DNA of 64,000 bases from a virus: IMG/VR virus record IMGVR_UViG_3300037307_000289; one strand, 5' to 3'. Below, piece after piece: positions 1-7,905 of this stretch (the first letter of the stretch is position 1; each line of letters opens with the position of its first letter). The notes under the pieces were generated by a model. The model worked only from the letters and a program-made list of their open reading frames with translations, ran no database searches and was not told the DNA's origin. Position numbers and translations under genes: made by a program.

Positions 1-168
1 TTCTATGACGAGGATATATCTAAGTTATGCCCTTGTCGAACTTGCATACTTAAATCTCGTTGTTCACAGGTATGTGAAGAAAGATGGAGTCTATATGCAT
101 ACAGGAATGAAACATATGAAGATTATATTAAAAGAGATAATGCCTGGAAGAGTACAAGAAGGAGATAA
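1..168 (+). CDS. 5'-truncated member of the Cys-rich CPC-CLVK mini-protein family (reads ...LCPCRTCILKSRCSQVCEE..., stop at 166-168)
   Basis: Frame 1 from the window edge gives FYDEDISKLCPCRTCILKSRCSQVCEERW..RRR*. This carries the family core C-P-C-x2-C-[IL]-L-K-x2-C-x3-C. The listed ORF 5..193 is in another frame and is probably spurious. Confidence 0.5.
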   Translation, partial: FYDEDISKLCPCRTCILKSRCSQVCEERWSLYAYRNETYEDYIKRDNAWKSTRRR

Positions 169-874
169 GATCTTTCTTTCTTTCTTTGGATAAGGTCCTG
201 GATTCATTATTAGTAAGATAAATGCAAAATCTTTTTTGAACTGAAAAATAGAACTTATCCACATCTCCAATATGATCTGGAAACCGAGCACGTACCTATA
301 CCATGTCTTTTCTTTATATGAGCACTACTTTGTCCTCTTCTGGACGCGCAGCATCTAATTTATTAAAATTTTAGACCGCCCCAAAAAGCGCTCATATGGT
401 GAAGGGAGGGGTCGCCCCTTATGCCCCTATATAACCCCTATACACTATATATATCAATAACTGCATAGAGACGATATCTTGGTCGCCGGATTGAAGGATC
501 CCCAACTGGCATGGACTGGGATAGTCGTCTGTATATGATTGGGATCCATCGGGGATGAAGGGCGCGCCTCATCCCTGCACCCCGGAGGGCGTCCGTGATT
601 ATGATGCCGGACGCCCTCCCCTTAACTATCTTCCAACTCAGTGCCCATCTTCATTTTTTAAAGGAGAGTGTTACATCATTATTAATAAGCTGACTACCCA
701 CAAAAACCGACTTCTAGTACCGAACGGGTTAGCGGCACTATTGAGTATCGGGCGGCATAAAGCTAAAGAGTTTGAGCTATATCCTCTACGGCCTGGAGGG
801 TTGTGCTCCTCATATGCTATTCAGTAAATGCTGATCAGATGCTTCATCAGAGGGTTCCCCGTTAGGGAATTCCC

Positions 875-910
875 AGGCGGGTTTTCTCCTTTCTCCCGCC
901 TGTTTTTTTT
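875..910 (+). terminator. rho-independent terminator: 7-bp GC stem aggcggg/cccgcct, 13-nt loop, then GTTTTTTTT
   Basis: Stem 875-881 pairs with 895-901. A T-tract at 902-910 follows. It closes the GC-rich structured island. Confidence 0.6.
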
Positions 911-983
911 GCTTAAATAGGATGCCGCCCTGGATACTAGATGAGGATGCTATCTATAGGATTTGGAACAAATAAAAAATAAA

Positions 984-1056
984 GTACAGTACAGTACAGT
1001 ACAGTACAGTACAGTACAGTACAGTACAGTACAGTACAGTACAGTACAGTACAGTA
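984..1056. repeat. perfect pentanucleotide microsatellite (GTACA)n, about 14.6 copies
   Basis: Direct reading shows gtaca/acagt reiterated without interruption. It ends 17 nt before the ATG of the 1073 ORF. Confidence 0.95.
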
Positions 1057-1072
1057 GAAAAGGAAGCAACCT

Positions 1073-1318
1073 ATGAAACGTGAAAAGATGGTATCTATAT
1101 ATTTCACTAAAGAAGAGCATGAAGCATTAATGAAGCATATCAATAAGAATACAAATGGATTCAGTCCTAGTGTATCAACATATGTGCGTTCTGTTATTCT
1201 TAAAATGATAAACTCTGAGAAACCCACCGAGACAGCTCCCCCTATAGCGCCCACAGAAAATAAACCAGAAGTCAAATCAAATCAAACGCTTAACTTAGGC
1301 GACCTCTTTAATTTATAA
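1073..1318 (+). CDS. small ribbon-helix-helix (CopG/MobC-like) DNA-binding protein, 81 aa
   Basis: The N-terminus KMVSIYFTKEEHEALMKHI matches the RHH beta-strand plus helix pattern (x-V-x-V-x-L-T-x-E-E-x-E-x-L). An RBS AAAGGAAG lies 8 nt upstream. Confidence 0.5.
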   Translation: MKREKMVSIYFTKEEHEALMKHINKNTNGFSPSVSTYVRSVILKMINSEKPTETAPPIAPTENKPEVKSNQTLNLGDLFNL

Positions 1319-1350
1319 CTAGATTCCGAGCATAATAGAACCAAAAAAAT

Positions 1351-1382
1351 AACCGGGAGAGAATATCCTGCGGTTATTTTTT
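1351..1382 (+). terminator. weak hairpin (aaccg..cggtt) followed by ATTTTTT
   Basis: A short imperfect stem is followed by a T-run just downstream of the RHH gene stop. Confidence 0.3.
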
Positions 1383-1531
1383 GACTGCTATGCCAGAGGG
1401 GAATCTTTCTCACTGGATTACTAGGGACAACCTCTCAGTTTCCATCTCAACTAGGTTGACTAAGTCCAGCTAGGAGTCCAATTTGTTATCTAAACGCACT
1501 AATATGCTATCTAAATGTTTCTACCCTCTCA

Positions 1532-1951
1532 TCATTTAAGATAACAAACTTCATCTAACACCCTGATATAGTTATTCATTAACCCGGGAAGCTTAATAAA
1601 CTTCTCTGGAGCTCTCTTCCCGCGTAAAATCCCTTTCTTTCTCTCACCTGCACGTTTTTCTATCTTATTATCTAACCTAACTAATATAGGATTGTTTCTA
1701 GCAATTAACCCTCTATAAACATCACATCTTATTTTATCTCTTTCGACATCCACTTCACGAATATAATTTGAACGATTATATGCTGCCTTTTCAAATTCTT
1801 CACATACTTGATCGCATGTCACTTTAACTAAGCATTTATGACATGGGCATTTTGGTAGTGTATAGCATCTGATACTTTGAATAGAAATACAATATGGTAC
1901 ATATTGACTGTTATATCTTAGTGATTTACAACCAATGCAAGCTTCAGACAT
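1532..1951 (-). CDS. CPC-CLVK family Cys-rich mini-protein with C-terminal extension (139 aa)
   Basis: N-terminal CIGCKSL; core KCPCHKCLVKVTCDQVC. Confidence 0.7.
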   Translation of the reverse strand: MSEACIGCKSLRYNSQYVPYCISIQSIRCYTLPKCPCHKCLVKVTCDQVCEEFEKAAYNRSNYIREVDVERDKIRCDVYRGLIARNNPILVRLDNKIEKRAGERKKGILRGKRAPEKFIKLPGLMNNYIRVLDEVCYLK

Positions 1952-2189
1952 TGTCTATCTTAGTTCCTTGTCTAACGTAATCTCTTATCATTATTAGTTT
2001 AAAGTTTTTATCATACTCTGGACAAGCATCTACACATACTCCTTTTATTAAACAAGTCATGCAAGGACATCTTGGTATTACTATTCCTTGTTCATCTTCT
2101 CTCATGTAATGCATACAATATAAAGAGGTCTCTGCACTTATGGTATTGGTATATGTTTTACATCCTTTACAACTTGTTTTCTCCATCAC
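1944..2189 (-). CDS. CPC-CLVK family Cys-rich mini-protein (81 aa)
   Basis: N-terminal CKGCKTY; core RCPCMTCLIKGVCVDAC. Confidence 0.7.
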   Translation of the reverse strand: MMEKTSCKGCKTYTNTISAETSLYCMHYMREDEQGIVIPRCPCMTCLIKGVCVDACPEYDKNFKLIMIRDYVRQGTKIDNV

Positions 2190-2399
2190 TTTTCTTTTTC
2201 CTTATTGATATTAGAAAATCCTCACATGCTACTTTACACATTGTCTTAACTAGACATGTATTACTTTAATGAATGGGACCATATGAATCTGCATAGTTGC
2301 AGTAAAATAGCTTGTTTCATATGCTTCCCTATTGCTTATTCTATCTTTACTTTCACACGGTTTACAATAAAAGATTTGGTTACAAATTGAGCATGGCAT
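2190..2399 (-). pseudogene. frameshifted family member: N-terminal MPCSICNQIFYCKPCES (49 aa) in one frame, NTCLVKTMCKVACEDF in another
   Basis: Manual translation of the minus strand. The ATG at 2397-2399 opens a 49-aa fragment with the MPCxxC..KPC N-terminus. The CLVK..C core continues in a -1/+2 frame behind a stop. The CPC triplet is absent. Confidence 0.45.
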
Positions 2400-2405
2400 A
2401 ACCTA

Positions 2406-2639
2406 TCAATCTCTCACTATTCTTTCAATGTAGTTTTCACATATATCTCTACACATTACCTTTACTAAGCAATTAACACAAGGGCACTTATAGTTTAATC
2501 TATATATTTTTCTTATCATTTTATCTGGGTAATAGTGATTTGATGTAGTTGAGTTTAATAAGATTTTTACTTTACCTCTTACTAATTTTGTATTACATGG
2601 TTTAACTTTGAAATGTTTATAACAGTGATTGCATGGCAT
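2406..2639 (-). CDS. CPC-CLVK family mini-protein, MPC subtype (77 aa)
   Basis: MPCNHCYKHFKVKPCN; KCPCVNCLVKVMCRDIC. Confidence 0.7.
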   Translation of the reverse strand: MPCNHCYKHFKVKPCNTKLVRGKVKILLNSTTSNHYYPDKMIRKIYRLNYKCPCVNCLVKVMCRDICENYIERIVRD

Positions 2640-2837
2640 TATAATTTCTCTTGTATTTTTTTAAATTCTTCGCACGCTCGTTCACACATGGACTTAACTA
2701 TGCACTTTCTACATGGGCAATCTGGTATTTTATCCCACATATAAAAAACTTTACAAGTTCCTACACATATTGATTCCTTTATTTCCAGCGCCTTCAAGAA
2801 TCTTTAAAGAGTGACAACCTTCACATTCATTATTCAT
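2639..2837 (-). pseudogene. frameshifted family member: MNNECEGCHSL.. (27 aa) then DCPCRKCIVKSMCERAC in the +1 frame
   Basis: Manual translation. The ATG overlaps the upstream gene's stop (ATGA). The N-terminal CEGC motif and the C-terminal CPC core lie in different frames with no in-frame ATG for the second half. Confidence 0.45.
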
Positions 2838-3112
2838 ATATCCTCTGGTTTAATTTGTCTGCAAAAGTGATACCAAGGAGAACATTGTAATCTCCCTTGT
2901 TCACACATCATTTTAACTAAGCAATCTTTACATGGGCATTCATCTCGTAACCTATAATATCTAGTTTCAAATGTTTCTTTAGTTAAACTCTTTAGAATAT
3001 ATCTTTCTGGTTCATGAGTATAAAACATATCTCCTTTTTTACCATTATAAGGAATACCACTACATGGTCTATTCTCATATACTAGATCACATATTTTACA
3101 AGGCATACCCAA
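2834..3112 (-). CDS. CPC-CLVK family mini-protein, MPC subtype (92 aa)
   Basis: MGMPCKICDLVYENRPC; ECPCKDCLVKMMC. Confidence 0.7.
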   Translation of the reverse strand: MGMPCKICDLVYENRPCSGIPYNGKKGDMFYTHEPERYILKSLTKETFETRYYRLRDECPCKDCLVKMMCEQGRLQCSPWYHFCRQIKPEDI

Positions 3113-3118
3113 TATCCC

Positions 3119-3361
3119 CTAATTAAATTTTAAACCTTCTACTTTAGATAGAAATTCTAAATACTCAGGGCAGTTTAATCTTTTATCTCCACATGCCATT
3201 TTAACCAAACAATTACTACATACACACTGTTCATTTAATAGATTAAAGTAGTTAGTTAGATATTTCTTATTATATATTTCACAAAGTTTATCTATCATTT
3301 TAATTTCTTTACTCTTACATGGGGGGTTCTCATACATTGACTCACAAATATTACAAGGCAC
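3119..3361 (-). CDS. CPC-CLVK family mini-protein, MPC subtype (80 aa)
   Basis: MPCNICESMYENPPC; CVCSNCLVKMAC. Confidence 0.7.
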   Translation of the reverse strand: MPCNICESMYENPPCKSKEIKMIDKLCEIYNKKYLTNYFNLLNEQCVCSNCLVKMACGDKRLNCPEYLEFLSKVEGLKFN

Positions 3362-3668
3362 GTTTTATCACTCTCCATTTACCATTAGAAATATTTTTAA
3401 TAGTAATCACTGAAGTTCCTATTCTTTTTCTCTCTCCGGCACTTAACCCTACAGTATAAGATTCTAATACATCTACTCTTCGTTTTAGATATTCTATAAA
3501 TGGCATACACATAGAGTTGCAGGTAACCTTAACTAAGCATTCTCTACATGGGCATGTTACCATAAACCTAATATATACATTGGTAAACTTACATGAGTTT
3601 AAATTATTTGAATCTTTTACTAGTGAGTTACATCCATTACATTCACTTATTCCTTCTGATCTATTCAT
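3351..3668 (-). CDS. CPC-CLVK family mini-protein (105 aa)
   Basis: CNGCNSL; TCPCRECLVKVTCNSMC. Confidence 0.7.
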   Translation of the reverse strand: MNRSEGISECNGCNSLVKDSNNLNSCKFTNVYIRFMVTCPCRECLVKVTCNSMCMPFIEYLKRRVDVLESYTVGLSAGERKRIGTSVITIKNISNGKWRVIKRAL

Positions 3669-3925
3669 CTTAGTAAAGGTCCTATTAAGAGGTCTTCGTC
3701 CTTAACATTAAGTACTCCATCATAGAATACCATTTTTACTTCTTCAATTTGTTTAGCTATTTCTTCACATCCTTTATGTGAATTACATATAGCTCTAACC
3801 AAACATTTTTTACATGGGCATTTAATTCTTATATCTATATATTTTTCTCTAACTACTTTATGTGCCTCAACAAATGAGCAAGGTCTAACACCAACATGTA
3901 TTCGTTTACACTCGTCACATATCAT
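3665..3925 (-). CDS. CPC-CLVK family mini-protein (86 aa)
   Basis: MICDECKRIH; KCPCKKCLVRAIC. Confidence 0.7.
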   Translation of the reverse strand: MICDECKRIHVGVRPCSFVEAHKVVREKYIDIRIKCPCKKCLVRAICNSHKGCEEIAKQIEEVKMVFYDGVLNVKDEDLLIGPLLR

Positions 3926-4173
3926 TATTTATTCCTTTGTTTGGTAAGCATTTTAATTATATAAGTTCTTTTAATTTTATCTTTATATATTCCTATCTGG
4001 TGTGCCTCATAAAATAAATCACATGGGGTGCTACAAACTGGTTTAACCAGACAATTTTGGCAAGGGCAATCAATGATTTTTTCTGGAACATTTTGGAATA
4101 CTATTTGTTTACATAATTCTTTTTTTAATGAATAGCTATATACAAATGAATTACACCCACTACATTTATTCAT
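3925..4173 (-). CDS. CPC-CLVK family mini-protein (82 aa)
   Basis: CSGCNSF; DCPCQNCLVKPVCSTPC. Confidence 0.7.
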   Translation of the reverse strand: MNKCSGCNSFVYSYSLKKELCKQIVFQNVPEKIIDCPCQNCLVKPVCSTPCDLFYEAHQIGIYKDKIKRTYIIKMLTKQRNK

Positions 4174-4433
4174 CTAGTCCTGACCCATGTTTCAATTCTA
4201 TTTTCAAACTCACCACAGAATTCTTGGCACATTACTTTAATAAGACATTCCTGGCAAGGGCAATATCCGTGTAGTATTCCGTGGATTGTAACTAATTTTC
4301 TACATCCATCATACCCTTGAGATGAATATGTTCTTTCAGTTAGAATAGTATCTGAACTTATTCTAAGTTCGCATGGTAAAATACTATAATATTCTTTACA
4401 TGTTTGACATGGCATTAGATCACCTTGAACCAC
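4170..4433 (-). CDS. CPC-CLVK family mini-protein, MPC subtype (87 aa)
   Basis: MPCQTCKEYYSILPC; YCPCQECLIKVMCQEFC. Confidence 0.7.
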   Translation of the reverse strand: MVQGDLMPCQTCKEYYSILPCELRISSDTILTERTYSSQGYDGCRKLVTIHGILHGYCPCQECLIKVMCQEFCGEFENRIETWVRTR

Positions 4434-4780
4434 AGTTTACATTCATAATCAATTGTTAACTCAGTTCCTTTCTTTATATCATTCAAAGCGTATGCTCTCA
4501 TTAGTTTATTTCTATAGTCTCGTTTTATTCTAACATTAGAATTGTTACTATGATTTAATAGATTTATAGCTCCGAATGAAATAGCATCTTGTTTTTTAGT
4601 CCAATACATAGGATAGTTATTAAAAAATGACTCTTTTTTTACATCATTAAATCCTATTGGTGACACAGCATTAATAACTATTAGCTCATCTTTTTTAATA
4701 TTCTGTGCTGCAACTATACAAAATCCTTTTTTATTGTGAAGTGAAATTTCTATTTTTCCGTCACTGAAAAGTTTTTTCAT
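4415..4780 (-). CDS. minimal SET-domain protein lysine methyltransferase (vSET-like, 121 aa)
   Basis: AISFGAINLLNHSNNSNVR matches the SET NHS(C)xPN pocket motif. KGTELTIDYECKLW matches the E-E-L-T-x-D-Y post-SET motif. Size and layout resemble chlorovirus vSET (119 aa). Recalled from memory, not searched. Confidence 0.75.
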   Translation of the reverse strand: MKKLFSDGKIEISLHNKKGFCIVAAQNIKKDELIVINAVSPIGFNDVKKESFFNNYPMYWTKKQDAISFGAINLLNHSNNSNVRIKRDYRNKLMRAYALNDIKKGTELTIDYECKLWFKVI

Positions 4781-4967
4781 TTTTCTCTCCGAAGAAATAT
4801 TTTGTTTCTATTTCAATTGCACTATCTAATACATCACATGGCTCACTACACATTCCTTTTATAAGACAGATTTTACAGGCGCAATCTTTTATAAGTTTTT
4901 CTAACCTATAACATTTGTTTCTAATGTTATAGTAATAGCATCCTTGACATCCATCAAACTTGTCCAC
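4761..4967 (-). CDS. CPC-CLVK family mini-protein (68 aa)
   Basis: DGCQGC; DCACKICLIKGMCSEPC. Confidence 0.7.
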   Translation of the reverse strand: MDKFDGCQGCYYYNIRNKCYRLEKLIKDCACKICLIKGMCSEPCDVLDSAIEIETKYFFGEKNEKTFQ

Positions 4968-5187
4968 TTTTCTTAGTCCTTGCAGTAATTATTTTAAAGT
5001 TATCACAAGCTGTAATACAAATACCTTTAATAAGACAAGTATTGCATGGGCAAGATTCAATCTCAATAACATCTAGATAAAAAGGATATAGTGATTTACA
5101 ATAATATCTTTTTTTATTTTCATGGTATGCTAAAGATTTACACCCTTCACATTTTTCGGTGTTCATAGGCTGCCTTTTGTAATTCAC
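4954..5187 (-). CDS. CPC-CLVK family mini-protein (77 aa)
   Basis: CEGCKSL; SCPCNTCLIKGICITAC. Confidence 0.7.
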   Translation of the reverse strand: MNYKRQPMNTEKCEGCKSLAYHENKKRYYCKSLYPFYLDVIEIESCPCNTCLIKGICITACDNFKIITARTKKSGQV

Positions 5188-5398
5188 TACATCTTTGTGT
5201 ACATATACCTTTAACTAAGCATTTTCCACAAGGGCAATCTTTAATAAATGATTTTCCCCATATTGCATAGACACATTCTAATATTCTTTTATTTTTCCTA
5301 TCTATCATTACTAGTTTACCTAAATTTTTACATCCTCTACAATGCTTTGGGAAGTTTATATTTCTACATTTGGATTCACTCATTTTAGAAATCATCAT
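5147..5398 (-). CDS. CPC-CLVK family mini-protein (83 aa)
   Basis: CRGCKNL; DCPCGKCLVKGICTQRC. Confidence 0.7.
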   Translation of the reverse strand: MMISKMSESKCRNINFPKHCRGCKNLGKLVMIDRKNKRILECVYAIWGKSFIKDCPCGKCLVKGICTQRCSELQKAAYEHRKM

Positions 5399-5576
5399 CT
5401 ATATCTCTGGTAATGTGATGAAACTTATCGCACCCTTCTTCGCAGACAACTTTAATTAAACAATCTCTGCATGGGCACTCTTGCGCTTTAAACATTTCTA
5501 ATACTTTACAATCTATACCCATATGAAACATAGTACATCCTTCGCAGTCTTTTAGGTATCTCTGTACATGTGTCAT
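5385..5576 (-). CDS. CPC-CLVK family mini-protein (63 aa)
   Basis: CEGCTMF; ECPCRDCLIKVVCEEGC. Confidence 0.7.
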   Translation of the reverse strand: MTHVQRYLKDCEGCTMFHMGIDCKVLEMFKAQECPCRDCLIKVVCEEGCDKFHHITRDIDDDF

Positions 5577-5773
5577 AATAAATTTTCTCTAACTCCTTTC
5601 TTTATTAGTTCATCATATTCTTCACAAGTATTTGTACATACCATCTTTAATAGACATATTTGACATGGGCATTCTTCTGCTTTAACTATACATAATATTT
5701 TGCATCCAACTTGATATTTAACTTCCTGTTCCCCATAGATAAAACACAGTTCACATTCTTTATTGTAATTCAT
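5573..5773 (-). CDS. CPC-CLVK family mini-protein (66 aa)
   Basis: CELCFIY; ECPCQICLLKMVCTNTC. Confidence 0.7.
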   Translation of the reverse strand: MNYNKECELCFIYGEQEVKYQVGCKILCIVKAEECPCQICLLKMVCTNTCEEYDELIKKGVRENLL

Positions 5774-6033
5774 TTTAATCCAACCACTTGTTTATACTCT
5801 TCACACATTTGATCTATTTTACTTGAACAGCACTGCATCTTAACTAAACAGTTTTTGCATGGGCAATATGCATTAAGTTTTTTATATGCCTGAACATAAG
5901 ATGGAATATCAATTATATTGTAGGGTACACTAGTTATATATTTACTGAAAATACCAATAGTAACAGAAGCTTCATCTCGTGGATAATCACATGGACTAAT
6001 CTTAAGAGTATTTTGACAAACTAAACATGGCAT
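5770..6033 (-). CDS. CPC-CLVK family mini-protein, MPC subtype (87 aa)
   Basis: MPCLVCQNTLKISPC; YCPCKNCLVKMQCC. Confidence 0.7.
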   Translation of the reverse strand: MPCLVCQNTLKISPCDYPRDEASVTIGIFSKYITSVPYNIIDIPSYVQAYKKLNAYCPCKNCLVKMQCCSSKIDQMCEEYKQVVGLK

Positions 6034-6036
6034 TGG

Positions 6037-6270
6037 TCACACATGAAATTTTAGAGTCATTCTTTTTATCGCGTTAGTTATTTCAGTTTCAAAGTTTTCT
6101 AAATCTTCACATCTAGCTTGGCAAACTCCTTTTATAATACATTTCTTACATGGGCAATCCTTATATCTAGCTCCTAATGCACAGCATTTTGTATTGAGTT
6201 TTGGGTTGTTAGAGAGACACCCATCACATCCTTCGTAATTTTTCAAGGAGTTTTTCAGTTCTATACGCAT
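6037..6270 (-). CDS. CPC-CLVK family mini-protein (77 aa)
   Basis: YEGCDGC; DCPCKKCIIKGVCQARC. Confidence 0.7.
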   Translation of the reverse strand: MRIELKNSLKNYEGCDGCLSNNPKLNTKCCALGARYKDCPCKKCIIKGVCQARCEDLENFETEITNAIKRMTLKFHV

Positions 6271-6502
6271 CAGTTTCCCTTTTCATTATCATTTCTCTTC
6301 TGTGAAGAAAAAACTCACTGCATTTTTTATTACATGTTACCTTAACTAAACAATCTTTACATACACAGTTAGGAATAAAGTTTAGATCAGATATATTGAA
6401 TAGACATTTATAGTAACCAGGAATCTCTCCGTTATCAACAAATGATCTACACCCTTTACATACTACTAGTTCAGGTTTGTATTCTGATTTGGTGTTCTTC
6501 AT
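6224..6502 (-). CDS. CPC-CLVK family mini-protein (92 aa)
   Basis: CKGCRSF; NCVCKDCLVKVTCNKKC. Confidence 0.65.
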   Translation of the reverse strand: MKNTKSEYKPELVVCKGCRSFVDNGEIPGYYKCLFNISDLNFIPNCVCKDCLVKVTCNKKCSEFFLHRREMIMKRETDAYRTEKLLEKLRRM

Positions 6503-6807
6503 GATCTAAATTTTTCTTTTATTTTTTTAATACCATTATCCTGTAACTTAATAAATACTCTATTTGATGCTAATAGTTCTATATTTAAATATTTTTCACA
6601 TGAAAACACCGAAGGTGGGATACATGACATCTTAACTAAACAATCAATACAAGGGCATTTAACCATCAATATTCTATAAAGTTCTTCAGCAAAATCAAGA
6701 GTTGAATTACCTATAGTTTTATCTACTACCTTATAATTTTCTATAAAATCTAGATTTGTTTTACATGGTTTAATAATATAGTTATCTTGACAAATTTGAC
6801 ATGGCAT
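6499..6807 (-). CDS. CPC-CLVK family mini-protein, MPC subtype (102 aa)
   Basis: MPCQICQDNYIIKPC; KCPCIDCLVKMSC. Confidence 0.7.
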   Translation of the reverse strand: MPCQICQDNYIIKPCKTNLDFIENYKVVDKTIGNSTLDFAEELYRILMVKCPCIDCLVKMSCIPPSVFSCEKYLNIELLASNRVFIKLQDNGIKKIKEKFRS

Positions 6808-7097
6808 TAATTTATTTTACTCCCTTTTACTGTATTTTCAAGAAAATCTTTGTATTTACTACATTTATATTTTGAATAATCACATACTATTTTAACTAGA
6901 CATTCTCTACATGGGCAATCTTTATAAGATTCAGTATAAAATGAAGAAACAAAATCAATCACTTTAGATTTCTTTCCTCTTTTACTAACAAAAAATGTTC
7001 TTTCTTTTATATTCTTAATTCCAGATGGTTCTATTTTTCCTTCTATACTTTCACATGGCTTAACATAAAATACATTTATACAACCTTGGCATGGCAT
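6807..7097 (-). CDS. CPC-CLVK family mini-protein, MPC subtype (96 aa)
   Basis: MPCQGCINVFYVKPC; DCPCRECLVKIVC. Confidence 0.7.
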   Translation of the reverse strand: MPCQGCINVFYVKPCESIEGKIEPSGIKNIKERTFFVSKRGKKSKVIDFVSSFYTESYKDCPCRECLVKIVCDYSKYKCSKYKDFLENTVKGSKIN

Positions 7098-7099
7098 TA

Positions 7100-7306
7100 T
7101 TATCCTCCTGCTAACTCAAACAGTTTTTCTGTCAGTAATTTTTCATCTATATAGAATTTAACTTGTTGCAAAACAAAAATATATTCTTTACAATACTCAC
7201 TACAATTAATTTTTACTAAACAATTTTTACAAGGGCACAATAATTTATTTTGTTTCAGATTGCCTTTAAGAGAGCATATTGTTTCTATTTTGCATCCTTT
7301 ACATAT
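7100..7306 (-). pseudogene. family member lacking a canonical ATG: NICKGCKIETIC...LLCPCKNCLVKINCSEYC...*
   Basis: Manual minus-strand translation of the apparent gap between 7097 and 7299. The open frame holds both family motifs, but the first in-frame sense codon is ATA where other members have ATG. Either a non-canonical start or an inactivated copy. Confidence 0.4.
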
Positions 7307-7622
7307 ATTTCCTCAATTCTTTCTTAGAAAACATTCCAGTAATTTCATCATAATAGAGAACTAAATAACGTTCTATTATATTTCTATATTCTTCACATCT
7401 CTTAGGATATTCTACATTACATGTTGCTTTTACTAAACAATTTCTACATGGGCAGTTGAAATGTAAATCCTTATATACTTTAGTATGAAACACGATAGCA
7501 TTATCACTGTATAATATTGGTCTGAACTCTTTTATTTTTGTAACATCTTTCTCTATTAATATTCCAGTTTCATGTTCACATGGTCTAACTGTATAACTTA
7601 TATCACACGCTGGGCATGGCAT
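7299..7622 (-). CDS. CPC-CLVK family mini-protein, MPC subtype (107 aa)
   Basis: MPCPACDISYTVRPC; NCPCRNCLVKATC. Confidence 0.7.
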   Translation of the reverse strand: MPCPACDISYTVRPCEHETGILIEKDVTKIKEFRPILYSDNAIVFHTKVYKDLHFNCPCRNCLVKATCNVEYPKRCEEYRNIIERYLVLYYDEITGMFSKKELRKYM

Positions 7623-7624
7623 CT

Positions 7625-7897
7625 TTACACCTTAAAGACTGTTTTTAAAACTTCAATTGCTGTCATCCAAGTTGTTCCACTCATAGATGGTTTTAATATT
7701 AATTCTATATAATCTTCACATAAATTATCAGTTTTACACATACTTTTCACTAAACAATCTTTACAAGGGCATGCCTTATTTAATTTTGAGAATGAAAATC
7801 TTACAAATGAATAAGAAACTTGAGGAGTAAAAAGTTTACCACTCTTATATTCACAAGGTTTAAAATTATAAAAATGATCGCAAAATATACAAGGCAT
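7625..7897 (-). CDS. CPC-CLVK family mini-protein, MPC subtype (90 aa)
   Basis: MPCIFCDHFYNFKPC; ACPCKDCLVKSMC. Confidence 0.7.
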   Translation of the reverse strand: MPCIFCDHFYNFKPCEYKSGKLFTPQVSYSFVRFSFSKLNKACPCKDCLVKSMCKTDNLCEDYIELILKPSMSGTTWMTAIEVLKTVFKV

Positions 7898-7905
7898 CGT
7901 TACAC

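Noticed and set aside
5-193. Track ORF of 62 aa at the window start
   Set aside because: A different frame over the same bases encodes a clear 5'-truncated CPC-CLVK family member ending at 168. The 62-aa ORF has no family features.
555-827. 90-aa plus-strand ORF inside the GC-rich island
   Set aside because: Pro/Gly/Arg-rich composition unlike any other gene here. It lies over strong hairpins and is more likely part of a structured non-coding element.
340-910. Attempt to read this island as tRNA, tmRNA, RNase P RNA or a group I intron
   Set aside because: No GTTCRANYC T-loop, no tmRNA tag reading frame, no RNase P or group I P7 consensus recognisable by eye. Left as an unassigned structured region.
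937-1275. 112-aa minus-strand ORF containing CTVLYCTVLY.. repeats
   Set aside because: An artefact of translating the (GTACA)n microsatellite. It also overlaps the plausible RHH gene on the other strand.
2072-2269. 65-aa plus-strand ORF within the array
   Set aside because: Antisense to family gene 1944..2189 and to the frameshifted copy. It is in a minus-strand operon and has no RBS.
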